Virus record (IMG/VR): IMGVR_UViG_3300010412_000009
Location: 5,770 to 69,769 of that record
Reading direction: 5' to 3' (one strand)
Length of the DNA: 64,000 nt
Source of the DNA: a virus
The notes beneath the pieces are model-generated. The model was not told the origin of the DNA. It saw nothing but the letters and a program-made list of their open reading frames with translations, and did no database searches. Every line of letters starts with the position of its first letter. Within the stretch, counting starts at the first letter, position 1. Shown here in pieces: positions 59,804-64,000 of this stretch. The translations under genes were made by a program, and so were the position numbers.

Positions 59804-60351
59804 TGAAATACTTTTACATCATCATCAATACCCGTTTCTGCAGCATTTTCTGTCCTTGAAGATGTAATAACGTTCGCCTTTATTTCAGAAAAACCACTAG
59901 ACAACGCCCAAGTTCTCCAAGGATCTTTAATGTACTTATTATATTCATTAACCACCAATATAAGTTCATCCTGAACATTAACAATACGATCCCTACCTTC
60001 TGAAATGGCTCTCAATAGTTCATCTGTTGTCTTAGAATTAAGATTAGTCTCCAAATTAGGATAAGTTTGTTTAAGCCAAGTCCACGTACTTTGACTAACA
60101 TCCATACCCGAACTTGTCGCCTTGTCAAGATATGTCATATAATCCTGACGATCCCTTTCATTTACTTGAGCAATCTGAGAAATACGCTTCCACATTGCAT
60201 CATAGTTAGTTTTTTGTTGATTTTCTTTAGCCACAATATCCTCCTTGAGAAATGTCGCCTTTTGGTTAATGTTAATGTAGGTAACTATAACCGAAAAAGA
60301 AAATAGTGCAAACATTGCAATTAGCGAAATGAGAAAAATTTGTTTTGTCAT
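59800..60351 (-). CDS. LemA-like membrane-anchored coiled-coil protein
   Basis: N-terminal TM, YPNL, I..GR......Q...YN pattern. Confidence 0.55.
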   Translation of the reverse strand: MTKQIFLISLIAMFALFSFSVIVTYININQKATFLKEDIVAKENQQKTNYDAMWKRISQIAQVNERDRQDYMTYLDKATSSGMDVSQSTWTWLKQTYPNLETNLNSKTTDELLRAISEGRDRIVNVQDELILVVNEYNKYIKDPWRTWALSSGFSEIKANVITSSRTENAAETGIDDDVKVFQ

Positions 60352-60459
60352 AATTGTTTTTTTTTTGTTATCTAATTAGAATGTAAAAATACAATTTAAT
60401 TCCGATATAACAAAATAAATCATAAAATATTTTTTAAAATATAATCAATAAATTTAAAA

Positions 60460-60534
60460 TGGCGGCTCAGGGGAATTACGATATCCCGACCCTTCGCTTA
60501 ACAGGCGAGAGCTCTGCCTCTGAGCTACTGAGCC
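60460..60534 (-). tRNA. tRNA-Asn(GTT), atypical T-loop
   Basis: cloverleaf, loop CT-GTT-AA, T-loop ATCGTAA, encoded CCA. Confidence 0.82.
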
Positions 60535-60547
60535 ATAAAATAGTTAA

Positions 60548-60648
60548 AAACCCCCCACCTGCCAACCAAGGAATACGCCGCGCAACGTACGTCTGTCCAA
60601 ACTGCACAATATGACAGAACTTAGGATTCGAACCTAACGGTGGAGTTT
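60548..60648 (-). ncRNA. circularly permuted tRNA-like RNA (YrlA/Y RNA-like)
   Basis: order: closing strand AAACTCCACC, T arm TTAGG-TTCGAAT-CCTAA, looped stem TCTGTC/GACAGA, hairpin TACGT/GCGTA, closing strand GGTGGGGGGTTT. Confidence 0.6.
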
Positions 60649-60656
60649 CTTAATTG

Positions 60657-60738
60657 CGGTAGGTACTGGATTCGAACCAGTGCATCCTTTCAGATGACAG
60701 TTTAGCAAACTGCTGCATTACCGCTCTGCCAACCTACC
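60657..60738 (-). tRNA. tRNA-Ser(GCT)
   Basis: cloverleaf with variable arm, loop TT-GCT-AA. Confidence 0.9.
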
Positions 60739-60780
60739 AATCATTTTTATTTAGACGATTTAATCGCCTGAGTATTATTA

Positions 60781-61233
60781 TTAAATTAATTGTAAAACTT
60801 TAAATCTAAAATCGTCTGTCTTATGTCTAAACACTAATAGTTTATAACCATCTTCAATTTTTTTAGGATAATTTCTACATGTATCCACAGTTATAACCTC
60901 ATTACCGTTTTTAATCTGTAATTTATTATTTTTAATTTCCCAATAATCACTAAAATTGTATAATATTTTTTTCTCATCCGAATTATATATTACTGACGGA
61001 ACATCTATTATCTCAATTTTATTTTTTGGTATGTTTGAGTACTTTTCAAAAACTTCCTCATCTGTCATCATTTGATATTCTGTATTATCACCAGATGTAA
61101 CAGTTTTATATACCTTATCACTCCGTAAGTATTTTATAAACTTACTGATTAATGGTGGAACATATATTTTAGACGCCACCGATTCAACCACTTGTCTTAT
61201 AATAGGATTAACTTCATTATTCATATTACTCAA
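60781..61233 (-). CDS. hypothetical protein
   Basis: ORF. Confidence 0.55.
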   Translation of the reverse strand: MSNMNNEVNPIIRQVVESVASKIYVPPLISKFIKYLRSDKVYKTVTSGDNTEYQMMTDEEVFEKYSNIPKNKIEIIDVPSVIYNSDEKKILYNFSDYWEIKNNKLQIKNGNEVITVDTCRNYPKKIEDGYKLLVFRHKTDDFRFKVLQLI

Positions 61234-61408
61234 TTATTTTATGTGTTTTTTTATTTGCGTTAACAAATTTCTGAACCTCATTATCATCACCAGGATCTGA
61301 AACTTTAGAATTTTTAACAAGTTCCATAAGTCGTTTCCTTTCTTCCTCACCCATATTTGGTTGATATTCATCCCAACCTAATCGTTCTCCTTTTGTTTTC
61401 ATCACCAA
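61226..61408 (-). CDS. hypothetical protein
   Basis: ORF. Confidence 0.45.
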   Translation of the reverse strand: MVMKTKGERLGWDEYQPNMGEEERKRLMELVKNSKVSDPGDDNEVQKFVNANKKTHKIIE

Positions 61409-61668
61409 TTATCTTTAGATATCTTCCTAAGTTTAAAATCAAATTCCAATAGGTCTCTTTTGAGATCATATAATTCATTAATATGTTCTTCAGTAAATTC
61501 ATCAAAGTTACTAATACGATTATCAATACTTTTATTCAAATCCATAATACCACCCAAAATTTGACTGATACCTGGTCTTAATTCTTGTTCGTAAGGTCTA
61601 TAACTCATATTATTTCTGTTTTTCAAAAATGTTTTCAACTTCAATACCAAACCAGTCGCAAATTTCAC
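61402..61668 (-). CDS. hypothetical protein (start uncertain)
   Basis: ORF. Confidence 0.5.
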   Translation of the reverse strand: MKFATGLVLKLKTFLKNRNNMSYRPYEQELRPGISQILGGIMDLNKSIDNRISNFDEFTEEHINELYDLKRDLLEFDFKLRKISKDNW

Positions 61669-61671
61669 CCA

Positions 61672-62133
61672 CTACTTATCGAGCATTTTAATCAATTCAT
61701 CCTTACTCATTTCCATAAGGCTATCTCGTCTATTTTTGATATTCAAGGACGATTTAATATCATCAGACATGTTCACCGTCGCTTCAAGAATCTCAGCCCT
61801 TAAAAATCGGGTAATATCCGCAGGTAATGCCTTTGCATTATCATCATTCATAATAAACTGACCCACAGCACCACCCGCAACAATCAATGTCATATCTTGC
61901 CTGTTGGGAATAAATGTCCAAATAAACCAACACACCAATGTAGGAATCCATGTTCTTTTAAACATTCCCCATGATATTGGAAGTTGGTCATGTGTCATTC
62001 TATCCGATCTACCAATAGCATAAGCAAGTATACCAATTAAACATACTGCCGAAAATATAATCGATAGTATCAACATTGTCGTAGATATCTTATCTGCCAA
62101 GGAAAATAAATAAAAAATCTTATACCAGTTCAT
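61672..62133 (-). CDS. membrane protein
   Basis: two hydrophobic helices. Confidence 0.6.
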   Translation of the reverse strand: MNWYKIFYLFSLADKISTTMLILSIIFSAVCLIGILAYAIGRSDRMTHDQLPISWGMFKRTWIPTLVCWFIWTFIPNRQDMTLIVAGGAVGQFIMNDDNAKALPADITRFLRAEILEATVNMSDDIKSSLNIKNRRDSLMEMSKDELIKMLDK

Positions 62134-62158
62134 AATTTATTGTTTTTATTTTTTTTAG

Positions 62159-62242
62159 TGCCCCAAGCGGGACTCGAACCCGCACTTCCGCCTGGAAACA
62201 AGATTTTAAGTCTTGCGTGTCTACCGATTCCACCATCGGGGC
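62159..62242 (-). tRNA. tRNA-Leu(TAA)
   Basis: cloverleaf with variable arm, loop CT-TAA-AA. Confidence 0.92.
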
Positions 62243-62296
62243 AAATACACTAATATTTAAAGATCCCAACCCCAAATACCATTTTAATTAATTTAG

Positions 62297-62370
62297 TCGG
62301 CATGGTAGGGGTCGAACCTACGTACTCCTGAATATCAGTCAGGCGCTTGAACCATCTCAGCTACATGCCG
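62297..62370 (-). tRNA. tRNA-Ile(GAT)
   Basis: cloverleaf, loop CT-GAT-AT. Confidence 0.88.
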
Positions 62371-62540
62371 TAACTACTTTTTGGGGTTTCTTTTTTTAAT
62401 CCCAATTTCACTTTCGATCATTTTTGGTGGTGTTTTTGATGTGTCATAAGTATAAACATCTACAGTACCATCGCTATTCACCACCTCATACTTCAGAATT
62501 TTATTGTTTTTTTCCTTCATTTAATAATAATCTATTATTG

Positions 62541-62810
62541 TTATGTGATTTTATCTGAATAATCGCTGAATTTTTGTTTCAATCTAAGATATTCATCATA
62601 TTCTGGATCCGATTTAATCAGATAACTTTCCCATGTTGGTGGAATCAATTGTTTTCTACCCAAATCATAATACATCAAGTTATTAAGAAGTTCAGTAGCT
62701 CCACCATCACCCCATTCACCCGAATATGCAGCATTTTTTCTAAGTTCTTCGGCGTTTTTTCTTATCTGATCACTTATTTTTTCAAAAAATTCATCTGTCA
62801 TTTTTTTCAT
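62541..62810 (-). CDS. hypothetical protein
   Basis: ORF. Confidence 0.55.
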   Translation of the reverse strand: MKKMTDEFFEKISDQIRKNAEELRKNAAYSGEWGDGGATELLNNLMYYDLGRKQLIPPTWESYLIKSDPEYDEYLRLKQKFSDYSDKIT

Positions 62811-62821
62811 AACGATATTAA

Positions 62822-63280
62822 TTATTTTGTCAAAAGAAAAATTTTATTTTCGAGCCATTTAACATATGACTTATCAGTATTTTCATTCAAGTATTCAAAA
62901 AACAATTTTAATGCACCATTGTTTGAGTTATCATCCAACAAAAAGAATTCATCATTTTCCATAACCCAAGTTTCTTCAATCCCGTTTGATGGAGCCGCAT
63001 TTGCCTCAAGATAAGTCAATGTAGGATTTCCATAATCATCATAGTATTCTCGCTTCATAAATTCTTCATTAATTACCCTGAAAATGTCTTCACGAATATT
63101 AAGAACATACACCCCTTGTCCAGTATCCTCATCAACCATTTCAATCTTAGCATCTTCAACGCGACCAATCATCCCTTCATCCCAAATGGTTTCATCAAAT
63201 ACTCTATTAGTCATTTTAACCAAAGGGTTAACTCCTGATTTAACAAGTTCAAAAATTTGTTTTGCAGTTACTTTATTCAT
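62822..63280 (-). CDS. hypothetical protein
   Basis: ORF behind TATCTTTG promoter. Confidence 0.6.
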   Translation of the reverse strand: MNKVTAKQIFELVKSGVNPLVKMTNRVFDETIWDEGMIGRVEDAKIEMVDEDTGQGVYVLNIREDIFRVINEEFMKREYYDDYGNPTLTYLEANAAPSNGIEETWVMENDEFFLLDDNSNNGALKLFFEYLNENTDKSYVKWLENKIFLLTK

Positions 63281-63368
63281 TTTTATTTGTTTTTTGTTTG
63301 TTATACAAAGATAAGAAATATTATCTATTATACCAAACGATATGTGAAAAATTTTTAGGAAAAAATAG

Positions 63369-63441
63369 TAGAGATGGAAGGACTCGAACCCTCACTCCAG
63401 GGGTAGAAACCCTGTATCCTGTCCAGTTAGATGACATCTCC
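63369..63441 (-). tRNA. tRNA-Arg(TCT)
   Basis: cloverleaf, loop TT-TCT-AC. Confidence 0.88.
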
Positions 63442-63457
63442 AAGAAAAAAATGTGAT

Positions 63458-63533
63458 TGGAGCGAATGACGAGGATCGAACTCGCAACTTTCAGCTTGGA
63501 AGGCTGACGCTCTACCAATTGAGCTACATTCGC
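63458..63533 (-). tRNA. tRNA-Gly(TCC)
   Basis: cloverleaf, loop CT-TCC-AA, encoded CCA. Confidence 0.92.
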
Positions 63534-63611
63534 GTGAATTAAAAAGAAAGTGGGTAATGTGAAGAATATCACACTACCCAAAGTATTAATTAAATGTATT
63601 TTAAATTAAAA

Positions 63612-63950
63612 TAAACGCTGAGATTACACGTTATATATACCCACTTTCGTTGCATTATCCCTAAAGTGCGACCTCAAGGGTTCTCAACTTATCCACCATC
63701 CAGAGGACGGTATGAGTACACGACTGCCTGTTTTAAAGTGTGGCGTTTCACTTATCCGACTTAGCTTACTCTACCATTTGATTCCTCTCTACCTTGCGGG
63801 CAGTTCAGTTCCGCTAAGAACTTAGACTCACCTCCTGATAAAACTACTCGACCTTGCGGGTGTTGTAGTCCATGATTGTACCGAAGTACTCACAGATTAA
63901 GCCGTTTTTCAACTAAGCCGTGGGACGGACTTTGCGTTTACATAAAGTCT
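63612..63950 (-). ncRNA. compact large structured RNA, GOLLD 3'-domain-like
   Basis: closing stem TAAACGC/GCGTTTA, GCAA, GAAA and UUCG tetraloops, 3' GTAATCTCAGC, located among tRNAs. Confidence 0.6.
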
Positions 63951-63957
63951 ACTATTA

Positions 63958-64000
63958 TACATATAGTATGGGAATCGAACCCATGACACTCTGTGTGATA
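63958..64000 (-). tRNA. partial tRNA-like sequence (3' half only, identity undetermined)
   Basis: T arm ATGGG-TTCGATT-CCCAT; cut by window end. Confidence 0.55.

Larger units (their letters stand above)
31353..63313 (-). promoter_or_regulatory. recurrent Bacteroidota-type -7 promoter box TATCTTTG before early genes
   Basis: CAAAGATA on + strand at 31353, 33164, 36061, 39726, 41762, 47167, 52130, 53237, 54374, 55516, 56202, 56477, 63306 (also 13863), each just upstream of a minus-strand gene. Confidence 0.85.

Noticed and set aside
39187-63533. HDV-like theta ribozymes in tRNA 3' trailers
   Set aside because: No convincing nested double-pseudoknot found by eye; a motif search would be needed to exclude them
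46593-63581. ORFs or N-terminal extensions overlapping tRNAs (46593, 53846, 54406, 54879, 55571, 57418, 63262, 63321)
   Set aside because: Translations of tRNA sequence (GSSP, VRAP, GSNP type); starts moved downstream or ORFs dropped
63612-63950. RNase P RNA (AAAGTCC and GGCTTA motifs present)
   Set aside because: Both motifs lie within about 40 nt of each other at the 5' end and GAGGAAAGTCC is absent, which does not fit RNase P topology
1-64000. Stop-codon recoding as in some huge phages
   Set aside because: Conserved genes are full length in the standard code, and no CTA-anticodon tRNA was seen
63958-64000. Possible TCA (suppressor/Sec) anticodon in the terminal partial tRNA
   Set aside because: The anticodon arm is cut by the window edge; ATC, TCA and CAC registers cannot be distinguished

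Overview
This window is part of an AT-rich jumbo/huge phage genome with a T4-like head module, read in the standard genetic code and mostly on the minus strand. The host is most likely a Bacteroidota, because many TAnnTTTG -7 promoter boxes are present and the tmRNA resume site is Bacteroidota-like. 1-9 kb holds portal, large terminase and head-associated genes, including a probable -1 frameshift. 9-20 kb is a protein quality-control island (Hsp20, N-domain-less ClpC-type ATPase, peptidase, tmRNA with an unusually long tag, ClpP) plus a class II ribonucleotide reductase and lysis-type genes. 20-33 kb holds late/virion-type genes and metabolic genes (IscA, glutamine synthetase II). 33-41 kb is a tRNA repair/maturation cluster (HAD phosphatases, two RNA ligases, P-loop kinase, CCA-adding enzyme). 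39-64 kb has many small early genes interspersed with about 20 tRNA or tRNA-like genes. The most unusual signals are: tRNA-like RNAs with hairpin insertions in the D-loop and several aberrant CAU-anticodon RNAs; a circularly permuted tRNA-like (Y RNA-like) RNA; a compact GOLLD-like RNA; structured RNAs behind the tmRNA; and a family of unrelated proteins sharing an N-terminal leader and an upstream ATATTTAT motif, possibly capsid-targeted cargo. All calls come from reading motifs by eye; no database searches were run.
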